NCBI GenBank assembly: GCA_965222375.1
Contig: CBDCTZ010000015.1
Location: 640,001-704,000, forward strand
Origin: Polyangiaceae bacterium
GTDB lineage: Bacteria; Myxococcota_A; Polyangia; Polyangiales; Polyangiaceae
Direction of reading: 5' to 3'
Length of the DNA: 64,000 nt
The position numbers were made by a program, and so were the translations under genes. The number at the start of each line of letters is the position of its first letter. Positions within the stretch are counted from its first letter, which is position 1. Of the stretch, positions 1-9,481 are shown in pieces. The notes under the pieces were generated by a model, which worked only from the letters and a program-made list of their open reading frames with translations, was not told the origin of the DNA and ran no database searches.

Positions 1-80
1 ACTTGGCGCGACTGCAGTCAAGGCGCGTCCCACGGCCCTGCGGTGCTTCGCGACGCTCGCGGCAGCCGCGCAGGGGCCAC
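1..80 (+). repeat. Dispersed palindromic (REP-like) repeat, copy A, cut by the window edge
   Basis: 1-19 ACTTGGCGCGACTGCAGTC is identical to 9324-9342, and 58-80 CGCGGCAGCCGCGCAGGGGCCAC is identical to 9381-9403. The two copies are colinear without indels. Confidence 0.85.
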
Positions 81-215
81 GCGGCAACGGAATGCCCGCG
101 TCAGGAGCTGCTGGGCTTCTTCGGCTTCTTCTTGCCGGCTTTGTGAGGCGCCTTCATGGTCGACGCCGGAAAAACGCGCAGCCTGGTCTTGCTACGCGTC
201 GGGCGCAGATGTTCG

Positions 216-1034
216 TCAGTTGCCCTTCGAAACGAAGTGGCAAGACGAGCACGTCTCGAGCAGAGACGCGTACATCTTCGCGCGAGCATCAGGCGTCTTC
301 TGAGTTGCTGCGTCGCCCACGAGTCGCTTCAGCCGATCGGCAGCGCTCCGAGCGTGCACGCCACCCTTCTTGTAGACGGCCTTGGGGAACGGCTCGCCAC
401 TGAGCGCCTCGGCGCCTGCCTTCCAAGCGGCTTCAGACGGCCCATACAGGCCCTCCCAAAGTCGGTCCGTCGCCCACACATGCCGACGCATGCGACTCTT
501 GAGGCTCTTGCCAGCGGTTGGCGTTGCACTCACCTCGACCTTCGGCCCGGCACCCTTGCGATGGCACGCCCCACAGGCCTTGCCAATGTCGGCGGTCGCC
601 GCCGCAGCCGCGGGAATGTCGACGCTCGTACCGATTCGCGAGGCAGCCTTCTTCATCGCCGCCAAGGCGGGGCCACCCTTCTTGAGCTTCTTGCCTTCGT
701 CGCTTGCAGCGAGCTTTTTCGCCGGGCCGACGGCTTTCGACAAGTTGCCGTTGATGACCGCAATGCGGATCAATTCCGTCTCCTTGAAGTGTGCTCGCAT
801 GAGCATCTCCCGGGGTGACCCCGGGGGTGGTTCTTCCGCAACGGGCTTGAGGTCAGGGGCTTCTTCCTCTTCCGCCGCAGCCGCCGGCTCATCCGTGGGG
901 GGCGGGTCTTCAGGTACAGCCGTCTCAGGTGCATCCGTAGGCGTCGGTGCCGCCGCGGGTTGGGAGCTCGGGCTGCCACAGCCTGCCAAGATGAGCACTG
1001 GAACTGGCAGTGCGCGGATTACGAAACCTCTCAT
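216..1034 (-). CDS. Diheme c-type cytochrome lipoprotein
   Basis: Two CxxCH motifs (CGACH, CSSCH), lipobox LAGC and a Pro/Glu-rich linker. ATG 1034 follows a GGAGGG RBS. Confidence 0.85.
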   Translation of the reverse strand: MRGFVIRALPVPVLILAGCGSPSSQPAAAPTPTDAPETAVPEDPPPTDEPAAAAEEEEAPDLKPVAEEPPPGSPREMLMRAHFKETELIRIAVINGNLSKAVGPAKKLAASDEGKKLKKGGPALAAMKKAASRIGTSVDIPAAAAATADIGKACGACHRKGAGPKVEVSATPTAGKSLKSRMRRHVWATDRLWEGLYGPSEAAWKAGAEALSGEPFPKAVYKKGGVHARSAADRLKRLVGDAATQKTPDARAKMYASLLETCSSCHFVSKGN

Positions 1035-1060
1035 GATCACCCTCCGTGTGCCCGGCACCC

Positions 1061-1078
1061 AAGCAATGGCCGTGCCCG
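1061..1078 (-). promoter_or_regulatory. Sigma-54 (-24/-12) promoter of the cytochrome c gene
   Basis: Minus strand reads GGGCACGGCCATTGCT (GG-N10-GC), just upstream of the RBS and ATG. Confidence 0.7.
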
Positions 1079-1359
1079 ATGGGATGCAGCGCGAGGCGAA
1101 TTCGCTGCGCGCTGCCACCACGGTGGTGAAATGCCCCTAGTGCAACCAACGCAGCCCGAAGCACCCGAAGATCATTGCGCTTCCAGGAAAGCGAGCCAAA
1201 CGCAGGAAGTGCAGACGCTGGCTCCCTTCATGCAACGTGTGCGCCACCAAGGCCTCAATCCTGCGCGCGCGCTAGCTGGCTCTGAAAAGAGGCGCGGGCT
1301 GGGTGGCTGCTCCAGATCCGAGTGCGAACTTCACAACGACCCGAGATAACCTATCCAGC

Positions 1360-2323
1360 ATGGGAAAGAGCCTCGTGTTCGGGCTGGCTGCGCTCGTCGC
1401 AGTGTCGGGTTGCGCTGGTCTGCGCGATCTAGATGCAGGGGTCTGCGGGAACGGTGTGATCGAGTCCGGGGAAGATTGCGACGGTCCCGGAAGCGACTGT
1501 GGCACGCCGGAGACCGCGAGCGCTTGTCGCTTCTTGTGCGGTTCCGAACTCGCGTGTCCAGACAGCTTCCAATGCGGCAGTGACGGAGTGTGTCGTTTCG
1601 CGACAGGTCGATTCGAACTGGCCAATGAGCTCCAGTCCGAGCAAGACGTGTTTTCACAGCTCGCCGACATGGATGGCGATGGCATTCGGGATCTGGTGAG
1701 CATGGATCCGTCCCTCGGAATTCGGGTTTCATACCTGGACGCGCGAGCGGCCGTGGTCACTACCACCCAAGTACCGACCGCTTCGCTCGACCCTCTGTAG
1801 GTCAGCTGACGGACTCGGAGCAGCTCGCTCAGGCACCGCCTCGCTTCGACCTGGTCGACGTGGGCGGTGGTGACATCAACGTGTTGCGCGGGCGCACGGA
1901 CCGGACCCTGGCACCAAGACCGGAGAAAGCCGCAGCGTGGCGGTGTTCTTGGGTTCCACCAACCGACTCCTAAGCGCACCGTTCCAGTTGACAGACGGCG
2001 GCGCGGGCACGGAGCCAGACGTAGCGCTCCGCACTTGGTTGGGGGACTTCGATGGAGATAGCCACGACGATATCGGCGCGCTCGCCATCTCTTCCAAGGT
2101 GGGATTCGTGCTCCGCGGCTGGCATCTGCCGTCGACCGGCGAAGCCGAGCTGAACGAGCAGTCCGCCAAACCCAGCGCCGAGGCCTCGGCCGGTTTTGAC
2201 TACTGCGCGGCATTGGGAACCACCATCGACCTGGGACTTCAGCTTTGTACACGAGGGCAGCTTGCGCGTGTTTCTGGCGGTGGACACTCGCGGCACGGAG
2301 CTGCCATGAGCACAGCCAGCTAG
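1360..2323 (+). pseudogene. Disrupted Cys-rich/FG-GAP-repeat lipoprotein
   Basis: Lipobox VSGC, CGNGVIESGEDCD repeat and DMDGDGIRDL motif, then TAG at 1798-1800. An FG-GAP-like reading (GDFDGDSHDDI) resumes in another frame at 1937-2323. Confidence 0.65.
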
Positions 2324-2865
2324 GTCCAGCGCACGTCCAGCACTGCCGCGTCGATGGCTCGAGTGCAAACCTCGATCTGCGGTCTTGCCCCGCAATGCAG
2401 AATCGCTCCTTCCACCACGCCTAGTTGGTAGCAATCGATGAAGTTGGGGACCTTTGAGAACGCCATGCGCCAATGCCGTTCGGCGACACGCTGGCTCGTG
2501 ACTTGCCCTGGCTCGATGCTGACGGCATAGGCGCGCGGCGCGCGCCCGACGATGGCGTCCAAGTCGTTCCCAAGCACACCCATGATCACACGCCCGATCA
2601 GGCTGTTGGCGAAAGTAGGATAACCCAAATGCCCCACGCGACGCAGCCCTTCGCGGATTGGACGCCGCGGGTGCAACGCCTCGGCCGCATCGAGCAGCAG
2701 GTCCATGTATTCGAGCATGGGGTAGGCGCGAAACGATACGTAGCGTTTGCCTGCTGGCATTCCCGTGGGCAACACCTCGAACAGCGCTTGGAAGAACATG
2801 CCCTTCACGCTGCAGGGTGGGACCGCCATAGCGCGGTGCGCCGCCACGTCTAGGGGCGCGGTCAT
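2320..2865 (-). CDS. DUF2378 / TIGR02265-like myxobacterial protein
   Basis: VKGMFF...RYVSFRAYP...GLRRVG...Y..F..S..GRV pattern. Start placed at ATG 2865. Confidence 0.8.
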   Translation of the reverse strand: MTAPLDVAAHRAMAVPPCSVKGMFFQALFEVLPTGMPAGKRYVSFRAYPMLEYMDLLLDAAEALHPRRPIREGLRRVGHLGYPTFANSLIGRVIMGVLGNDLDAIVGRAPRAYAVSIEPGQVTSQRVAERHWRMAFSKVPNFIDCYQLGVVEGAILHCGARPQIEVCTRAIDAAVLDVRWT

Positions 2866-3005
2866 GTCCGGAACCGAAAACTCCAGTTCCGCTTCTAGGT
2901 TGGCGGCCACGGAGTAATTTGTGGGGATCACAGCGCCAATGGCAAGCCGCATGCGCGTCCTGCCGAGGGCGCTGGCGAGATTCTCAGGGCCCGAGGAACC
3001 GCGCT

Positions 3006-3455
3006 CTACTGTCCCGTTAGGCTCACCTGCATCGTGCAACCACACTCTCTGGAACGAAACTGCCCGGTTAATTTTCGCGGATCGCCATCTTCGGGGCGCA
3101 ACTGCGTTTGGCCCATGCACCAGGTGAAGCCGCGCGGCAGAGGATCGCTCTCCAATAGCCCCCGGCTATCGAGCACTAGCAAGCCATCCGTCAACTTGCC
3201 TTCGATGCGGGATGTCGCACGGTAGCGGCGGCCATCCAAGGGTTCGGACTCGTAGAACCCCGTCAGCTTCCACTCATCGCCCATGACGTCGTCGACTAGC
3301 ATGTAGAGCTGCCCCGAAGTGCAGTAGCGGTCACTCTCGGTGTAACCCTCATAGCTGATTGGGGCGGACGTAGTGGCGGACTCTTGTTCGGCGGGCGCGT
3401 AGCAGCCCGTCAGCGCATACAGCGCATACAAGACCAAGACTGTATGGCGTGGCAT
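3006..3455 (-). CDS. Hypothetical lipoprotein
   Basis: Signal peptide with LTGC lipobox and a beta-rich body. Confidence 0.7.
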   Translation of the reverse strand: MPRHTVLVLYALYALTGCYAPAEQESATTSAPISYEGYTESDRYCTSGQLYMLVDDVMGDEWKLTGFYESEPLDGRRYRATSRIEGKLTDGLLVLDSRGLLESDPLPRGFTWCMGQTQLRPEDGDPRKLTGQFRSRECGCTMQVSLTGQ

Positions 3456-3611
3456 TCGAACCTCCAGCAGCTTAGGACACGACTTCGACCACGTTCCGTG
3501 AGCGTTGTTCCCGCCTTTCTAGTTGGACACTTCCGCCCGCGCCTGGCTCTGTCGAGCATGACAGCAAGGCGCGGCTCGGGAGCGGCCAGCTCGCCTGACG
3601 CGACGGCTCCG

Positions 3612-3991
3612 CTAGTGGTTGCAGCTTTCGCTGGCACAGCCGAAGCGAAGGGTCAGCTTGCCCGCGGGCTGCTTGTAGAAGCGGTTGCAAGTGGAGTCAC
3701 ACAGCGCGATCTCATTTGAGCCCACAAACCACCAGCCGTCCGCGGATGCGCCGCTGCCGCAGCCACTGCTACTGCCAGCGAAGCACACCGTTCCCCAGCC
3801 GGGAGTCAGCAAGAGGTTGACCGCCCCGGCGTGTAGCTACCGCTGAACTTGAAGCTGCATTTGCTTCCGCCGCCAGGGGGAACCGTGGCGAGCACCTTGG
3901 TCCCCGTCAGGCAGGTGCCCGAGTCGGCACTGGCGTCGGACCACGAGCACCAACGCAAGCTGGCCCGTCTTGAACCGATTCGCTGTCGCAC
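3612..3991 (-). pseudogene. Remnant of a secreted Cys-containing protein (tail resembles the C-terminus of myxobacterial vWA lipoproteins)
   Basis: CSFKFSGSYTPG continues after a frameshift as VNLLLTPG...DGWWF...IALCDSTC...LTLRFGC. There is no intact start or signal region. Confidence 0.55.
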
Positions 3992-3993
3992 CT

Positions 3994-4644
3994 CTATGAA
4001 CACGTGAAGAGCGTGCACTTGTTGCAACATTCGATGTCGAGCAGGCAGCCCACGCCCTTCGGTTTGCACGCTTTGCAGCCCGGACCGGCCAAGACGTCGC
4101 AGTAGAGCTGCGCGCAGCAATTCTGCCCCGTAACGCTGCAGCCCTGACCCTGTTGTTTGCAGTTTGAACCGCCACCTGTGCCCGGAGTTCCACCCGTACC
4201 CGGAGTGCCGCCGGTACTCGGTGTGCCGCCGGTGCTCGGAGTTCCACCTGTCGCCGGAGTGCCGCCGGTACTCGGAGTTCCACCCGTGGCTGGCGTGCCA
4301 CCGGTACTCGGAGTTCCGCCCGTGGCCGGCGTGCCGCCAGTTGCAGGCGCGCCGCCGGTCGCGGGCGTACCGCCCGTACCCGATGTGCCACCTGTCAACT
4401 GCGTGCCACCGGTGCCAGATTGACCGCCCGTACTCGGCGTGCCGCCGGTTCCCGGGGTGCCTCCTGTGGCTGACGTCCCTCCGATGGCGCCGCCCACACC
4501 AAACCCGCCACCGCCCGAGACGCCACCCGACGCGATCCCCGAATCACCGAAGCCGCCTGGCCCAACGCCGTCTCCTTGGGAATCGAGAGCGCAAGCAACT
4601 AACCCACCGCAGAGGATGACCCACCAGGTCCGTGTCGACCGCAC
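3994..4644 (-). CDS. Lipoprotein with TGGTP(A/S/G) repeat stalk and Cys-rich C-terminal domain
   Basis: Lipobox LVAC, about 16 degenerate hexapeptide repeats and a C-terminus with 12 Cys. Confidence 0.85.
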   Translation of the reverse strand: MRSTRTWWVILCGGLVACALDSQGDGVGPGGFGDSGIASGGVSGGGGFGVGGAIGGTSATGGTPGTGGTPSTGGQSGTGGTQLTGGTSGTGGTPATGGAPATGGTPATGGTPSTGGTPATGGTPSTGGTPATGGTPSTGGTPSTGGTPGTGGTPGTGGGSNCKQQGQGCSVTGQNCCAQLYCDVLAGPGCKACKPKGVGCLLDIECCNKCTLFTCS

Positions 4645-4775
4645 GCCCCAGCCTAGCGCGAGCGCGCGGTTTTCGCACAGCTTCCACCCAAGAATCCGTC
4701 ACTCCTCCACTGCAAGACCCATCCGCAGTCCACGGCGCCCTCGCCTCAGTCCCGAACCGCTGTCATGATTGGCGC

Positions 4776-5324
4776 ATGCAGTTGGGCCGACTAAGCGCGT
4801 TATTCCTCTTTGGCACTGTTCTCGCTATCGGGTGCTCCGGCAAGAGCACGTCCGACGGCAGCGGCGGCAGCGCCGGAACAGGTGCGGGCGCGGGAACGGG
4901 CGGCAACCCTGGCACAGGCGCGGGCGCCGGCACCGGCGCCAGCCCTGGTAGCGGTGGCGGCGGTTCCCAAGATTGCCAATTGCCCAAGGAGCCCGGCAAC
5001 TGTCTGGCGGCCATCCCGCGCTGGTGGTTCAACGCCCAGTCCGGCAAGTGCGAACAATTCACCTACGGTGGGTGCGGTGGCAACGCCAACAACTTCGAGA
5101 GCATCGAACAGTGCGTGAAGTCCTGTGCCGTAGCGAGCGTCAACGATCCCTGTAGCGCAACCACCTGCGGCCCCGGACAATCCTGCGTCTACTTCAGCGA
5201 CGCCGCCGCCTGCGCCCCGCCCTGCGATCCCGCCGTTGGATGCCCAGTCGGAATGACCTGCGGCTGCGGCTCGAGCTGCCCGGGCTGCGACGACTGCATG
5301 ATGGTGTGCAAGCCCCAGTCCTGA
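4776..5324 (+). CDS. Kunitz/BPTI-domain lipoprotein
   Basis: CQLPKEPGNCLAAIPRWWFN...CEQFTYGGCGGNANNFESIEQC is the canonical Kunitz signature. Lipobox AIGC. Confidence 0.92.
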   Translation: MQLGRLSALFLFGTVLAIGCSGKSTSDGSGGSAGTGAGAGTGGNPGTGAGAGTGASPGSGGGGSQDCQLPKEPGNCLAAIPRWWFNAQSGKCEQFTYGGCGGNANNFESIEQCVKSCAVASVNDPCSATTCGPGQSCVYFSDAAACAPPCDPAVGCPVGMTCGCGSSCPGCDDCMMVCKPQS

Positions 5325-5435
5325 GCTCAGCGTGGCGGCGAAGCCCCAGTGCTGGGGCTGCCGCGCCGCAGGCCCAAGCTCCGCTCGGGTAAAGGGTCGG
5401 AGATCGACTTGATTGCTGGACGGTCAAACATTGGC

Positions 5436-6278
5436 ATGGCGGTTGCTGCCACCCGCCACATGCGTGGCACCGTGACAGGGGTTTGCCTGGGCCTCGCCCT
5501 GCTTGGCGCAGCCGAGCAAGGCGAAGCGCGACCCTACCTCGACCTCGACGACGAATCGCTCATGCCGCCAGCCAACGAGCCACCATTGCGGTTCCACCCC
5601 CCTGCGAAAAGCGAAGAAACGAAGCGTCAAGAGGAGCAAGCTGAACGAGCACGTCGCCGTGCCCTCGCCATCGAAGACGGCGAATACGATTTCTCCTACG
5701 GGCCTGATTGCTACTACGGCGCCCCGCGCACCCAGAGCAACTACGATTGTCCCTATCCGCTGAAGACCGGCGACGATTGGAACCCCTGGGACGATCTGTA
5801 CACCTGGGGATACACCGCCCGGGCCACCTACCTCGCTCCGATCATGGGGGGCGTGGGGTTCGCCATCCGCCGTTACACCGCTAGGCACATCGCTTTCGAA
5901 AGCAGCGTGGACATCCTCTACGGAAAAGACGCCCTCGGCGCCAAGCGAACCGAAATCCCGCTGGCCCTCGACTTCCTCTACTTTTTCTACCGGGGCGGTG
6001 AGTTCCACGGGCACATGCTCGCGGGCACCGGCGTAGCCTGGGCCTGGACGAAAAAGGACGAAGAGTCAGAGACACCTTTCTATTACGGCCTGCGACTGGG
6101 TGGCGGCGTCACCGTGATGGGCTCGCGCGATGCGGTCTGGAGCGTCGACTTGGTCGGTTTCGTCCGAGAGCGCTCGGCGGGAGCCTGGTCAGAATTTCGC
6201 AACCCGACGTCTGGCGATGAGGGCAGGGCAGTCGGAACACTGCTGCGATTGAGCGCGACGCTGCAACCCACTCTCTGA
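5436..6278 (+). CDS. Exported protein, probable outer-membrane beta-barrel
   Basis: Signal peptide and alternating amphipathic, aromatic-rich strands in the C-terminal half. Confidence 0.6.
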   Translation: MAVAATRHMRGTVTGVCLGLALLGAAEQGEARPYLDLDDESLMPPANEPPLRFHPPAKSEETKRQEEQAERARRRALAIEDGEYDFSYGPDCYYGAPRTQSNYDCPYPLKTGDDWNPWDDLYTWGYTARATYLAPIMGGVGFAIRRYTARHIAFESSVDILYGKDALGAKRTEIPLALDFLYFFYRGGEFHGHMLAGTGVAWAWTKKDEESETPFYYGLRLGGGVTVMGSRDAVWSVDLVGFVRERSAGAWSEFRNPTSGDEGRAVGTLLRLSATLQPTL

Positions 6279-6299
6279 CGCCGTGGTACGCTGGGCCCA

Positions 6300-7589
6300 A
6301 TGCGGCGTTTAGCGTGGAGCTTCCTAGCGGGCGGATTGTTGCTGTCCACCTGTTCTGATAGCGAAGAAGGGACGAAATCCCCACCGCCTTCCGACGCTGG
6401 CGCAGAGGCCCAAGCCGATGGCGACGGTGGCGGGCTCTGCCACGGGTCGACCGCCGTGAGCAAGGGCCCCTGGGTCATCGGAGTGAACGACAGCTCCGCG
6501 ATCTTGCGCTGGGAAGCGTGCCGTGAGGACGGCAAGACTGGCGTGACCGTGACCCCCGAGGCTGGGGGCTCCCCCACACAACACGATGCGACGGCGACTC
6601 CCTTCGTGGTCGACAACACCTACGTCAGCCTCAATGTGAACGCTCCACCGGACCAGGCGGGCACCTACTACATGCACGAACTGGCCCTTAGTTCCCTGAC
6701 GCCAGCGACCTGCTACCGCTACGAGCTGGCCGAGGACCCGGCACTGAAAGGCCGCTTCTGCACGGCGCGCAAATCCGGAGACAGCTTCAAAGTGCTGGCG
6801 ATTGCCGATACCAACGCAGCGCTGGGCGGAACCCACGACCTGGTGCTCGAAGCCGCCAAGCACAACTACGACTTCACCATCCACGGTGGCGACATCCAGT
6901 ACTACCTCTCGATACTCGAGACCTGGAACTCGTGGTTCCCGCTGATGATGCCGATGTTCCGGCAAGGCGCGTTCTTCCCATCCTTGGGCAATCACGAATT
7001 CGAAAAGCCCGACGAGTATGAACAGTACTACGTGCGCTTCTTCGGTAATGCGGGCTTCGACGGCACCGACGACTACTATCGGCTCAACAGTGGGGGCGTC
7101 TGGTTCTTCGCGCTGAACACCGAAGACGACATGGACGCGGGCTCGGCCCAGTTCACCTGGTTCGAGAAACAATTGGCGGACGCCGCGTCCCAGCCCGGCT
7201 ACCGCGCGTCGGTGGTTTTCTTTCACAGGCCGTTCTTGACTTGCGGCCCAACGAGCGAAAAAAGCGGGTCCCGCGCGCTTTATCAGCCCTTATTCGAAAA
7301 GCACGGCGTCACCCTCGTGGTGCAGGGCCACGTGCACGGCTACGAGCGCTTCGAAGTGCCTCACGCAGCGGATCCCGGCAAGACGCTGACCTACATCACC
7401 GCCGGAGGTGGGGGTGCGGCCCTACGCGATCTAGATGAAAATATCGCTCGTCCCACCTGCGCAATGCGAATCACAAAGGGCGAATACTACAACTTCACAC
7501 TTCTCGAGTTTGGCCCAACCTCCCTCAAGGGCCGTATGTTCAATCAGCAAGGGGTGGAGCAGGACTCATTTGAGAACGCCATACCTTGA
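6300..7589 (+). CDS. Metallophosphoesterase (purple acid phosphatase-like) lipoprotein
   Basis: ADT, GDIQY, GNHE, FFH and GHVHGYER motifs, with an N-terminal FN3-like region. Confidence 0.9.
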   Translation: MRRLAWSFLAGGLLLSTCSDSEEGTKSPPPSDAGAEAQADGDGGGLCHGSTAVSKGPWVIGVNDSSAILRWEACREDGKTGVTVTPEAGGSPTQHDATATPFVVDNTYVSLNVNAPPDQAGTYYMHELALSSLTPATCYRYELAEDPALKGRFCTARKSGDSFKVLAIADTNAALGGTHDLVLEAAKHNYDFTIHGGDIQYYLSILETWNSWFPLMMPMFRQGAFFPSLGNHEFEKPDEYEQYYVRFFGNAGFDGTDDYYRLNSGGVWFFALNTEDDMDAGSAQFTWFEKQLADAASQPGYRASVVFFHRPFLTCGPTSEKSGSRALYQPLFEKHGVTLVVQGHVHGYERFEVPHAADPGKTLTYITAGGGGAALRDLDENIARPTCAMRITKGEYYNFTLLEFGPTSLKGRMFNQQGVEQDSFENAIP

Positions 7590-7656
7590 TCCAGGTGGTG
7601 TGCGCGCGCGCACCGCGAACCCGTCCAGCCGCCGCGTTTTCTGAGCTTCGACGAGG

Positions 7657-8829
7657 GTGCGGCACCTGTTCATAGTTGTCTCGGTCGGTCTACTATCGTT
7701 GGCCGCGTTGCTGTCCACGAGGTCGGCGCAGGCCGAAACCATCGAGATCCGCCTCGTCAGCTACAACGTCTACATGGTGCCCCTCACTGCACCTGCCCGC
7801 GCCGAGCGTCTCGAACGCCTCCCCGAGAAGATCGGCGAGCTGAAACCCGACGTCGTGATGCTCCAAGAAGTCTGGGCGGAGCGAGACTCAGCCAGCCTGG
7901 AAGAGTCACTGCGTGCGCGCGGACTATCTCACGTGTATCGCGCGGCCACGGCGAACCCGATTGCGTACGACAGCTCCGGAATGCTCATCGCATCTCGCTT
8001 CCCTATCAAGAACTCGAAACGCCACAGCTTCTCCCTCGGCCGACGCCCACACACGCCGTACCATTTGGACTGGATCGGCAGAAAGGGCGCCTTGGACGTG
8101 CAACTCGAGACGCCCCTTGGGCTAGTGCGCTTCGTCAACACGCACTTCCAAGCCAGCTACCATACTGGCAGCTACGAATCCGTACGCATCGCACAATCCC
8201 TGGAGATGGCCAGCTGGCTGGAGGACGAATCCCTGCCTCTGATTCTCGGGGGGGACTTCAACGCTCGCCCGCATTCAGTTAGTTGCCGAGTACTGCGCCA
8301 GCAAGCCGGCGTGCGCTTGCCAGAGGGTCGTTGGCGCGTGGACCAAGTCCTGCTGCGCGACGGCGAGAAACTTGCTGTCAAAAGCCTGGAGATGAAACGC
8401 CTCTTGCATGTCCCGGTAGCTTTGAGCGACGGTAGCAAGCGCCGCCTCAGTGACCATCGCGCGGTGTTCATGCGCGTTGGCGTCACGAAGAAAGCCAGCG
8501 ACGCACCCGCGGCGGCCACGCCAGGTCCCTTCGATTCCATGTTGCGGGGGCAGGCGGAGCAGGTGTTGCGCAACAACCTCCGCCGCACTCGCCGACAGCG
8601 CTACGCGAGCTACGCCTCCTTGGCAGTCTGCTTCGGCTTCGGCCTGTGGGGAACTCGGCGCCTTCGAAGGGCGCGCGGCAAGAAGAAGAGCGCCTGGCGC
8701 TGGGCGCTACAGGTCACAGCCTCCACGTTGGTTGGCATTTGGATCGTCTACTTTATGCTGAGCTACGTCCCCCACCGGCGAGCGGGCATCGAACGCGCTC
8801 TCGTCGCGCTTGAAAAGGCTGCCAGCTAG
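7657..8829 (+). CDS. Endonuclease/exonuclease/phosphatase (sphingomyelinase-like) protein with two C-terminal TM helices
   Basis: SYNV, LQEVW, NTHF, GGDFN and SDH motifs. Confidence 0.9.
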   Translation: MRHLFIVVSVGLLSLAALLSTRSAQAETIEIRLVSYNVYMVPLTAPARAERLERLPEKIGELKPDVVMLQEVWAERDSASLEESLRARGLSHVYRAATANPIAYDSSGMLIASRFPIKNSKRHSFSLGRRPHTPYHLDWIGRKGALDVQLETPLGLVRFVNTHFQASYHTGSYESVRIAQSLEMASWLEDESLPLILGGDFNARPHSVSCRVLRQQAGVRLPEGRWRVDQVLLRDGEKLAVKSLEMKRLLHVPVALSDGSKRRLSDHRAVFMRVGVTKKASDAPAAATPGPFDSMLRGQAEQVLRNNLRRTRRQRYASYASLAVCFGFGLWGTRRLRRARGKKKSAWRWALQVTASTLVGIWIVYFMLSYVPHRRAGIERALVALEKAAS

Positions 8830-9013
8830 ATCTCGCCCACGTGTAGGAAACCCATTGCCCACTCACAGGGTGTCGCACATGAGGCGCGGCATGCTCAGCG
8901 GAACGCCCACGCGTAGGCCCAGCCCTCCTCCCGGGCGGGAAATCGCGCAAACTCTTCGCGTTGCCACGGCCCGATAGTGGCCCCAGCTTGTAGGGGCCGA
9001 AAGGAGTCTAGCC

Positions 9014-9244
9014 ATGGATCATACTGCCGAGCATGACTCGCTCGACGACGATATCCGCCACTCTCTGCATACGCTGAAAGTCCGGCGCAACGTGAAACTC
9101 GTCGCGACTTTGGTGGCTCTGGTCGTCGCGCTTTTCATCGCATTTGCCGCCGTCTTCCTGGCGTACAGCGATGAGCCGGAGAGTGCCAAAGGGCTGAGTA
9201 TGGCGCCCGCGGCACCAGCTCTGGTCCAATTCGAACTCGCCTGA
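9014..9244 (+). CDS. Small single-pass membrane protein
   Basis: AGGAG RBS and one long hydrophobic helix. Confidence 0.65.
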   Translation: MDHTAEHDSLDDDIRHSLHTLKVRRNVKLVATLVALVVALFIAFAAVFLAYSDEPESAKGLSMAPAAPALVQFELA

Positions 9245-9306
9245 CCTTCAGGCTCAGCATCGAGTAGACAACCTGCGTAGCGGCGAACCCGTTGACCGAG
9301 GTTGGT

Positions 9307-9403
9307 TTGGGAGCCGCGATGTAACTTGGCGCGACTGCAGTCGGAGTACGTCGTGCGGCCCTGCGTCAGCCCGATGCGCACGCGGCAGCCGCGCAGGGGC
9401 CAC
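9307..9403 (+). repeat. Dispersed palindromic (REP-like) repeat, copy B
   Basis: Contains the palindrome CGACTGCAGTCG. Matches 1-80 and the reverse complement of 40715-40751. Lies between convergent genes. Confidence 0.85.
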
Positions 9404-9481
9404 CCTGCCCACGGGCAGCTGTGTCCTCGCAGAATCGGCGTTTGCCGAACGCCGCGAGCGCTTTCTCGGTTGAGCTGTGGT

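Noticed and set aside
4157..4768. Pro/Val-rich plus-strand ORFs (PPVPGV repeats); similar ones at 25869, 35131, 60694 and 61899
   Set aside because: They are antisense shadows of Gly/Thr-rich lipoprotein linkers.
8830..9013. Possible riboswitch upstream of the small membrane protein
   Set aside because: I could not match the conserved core of any known riboswitch.
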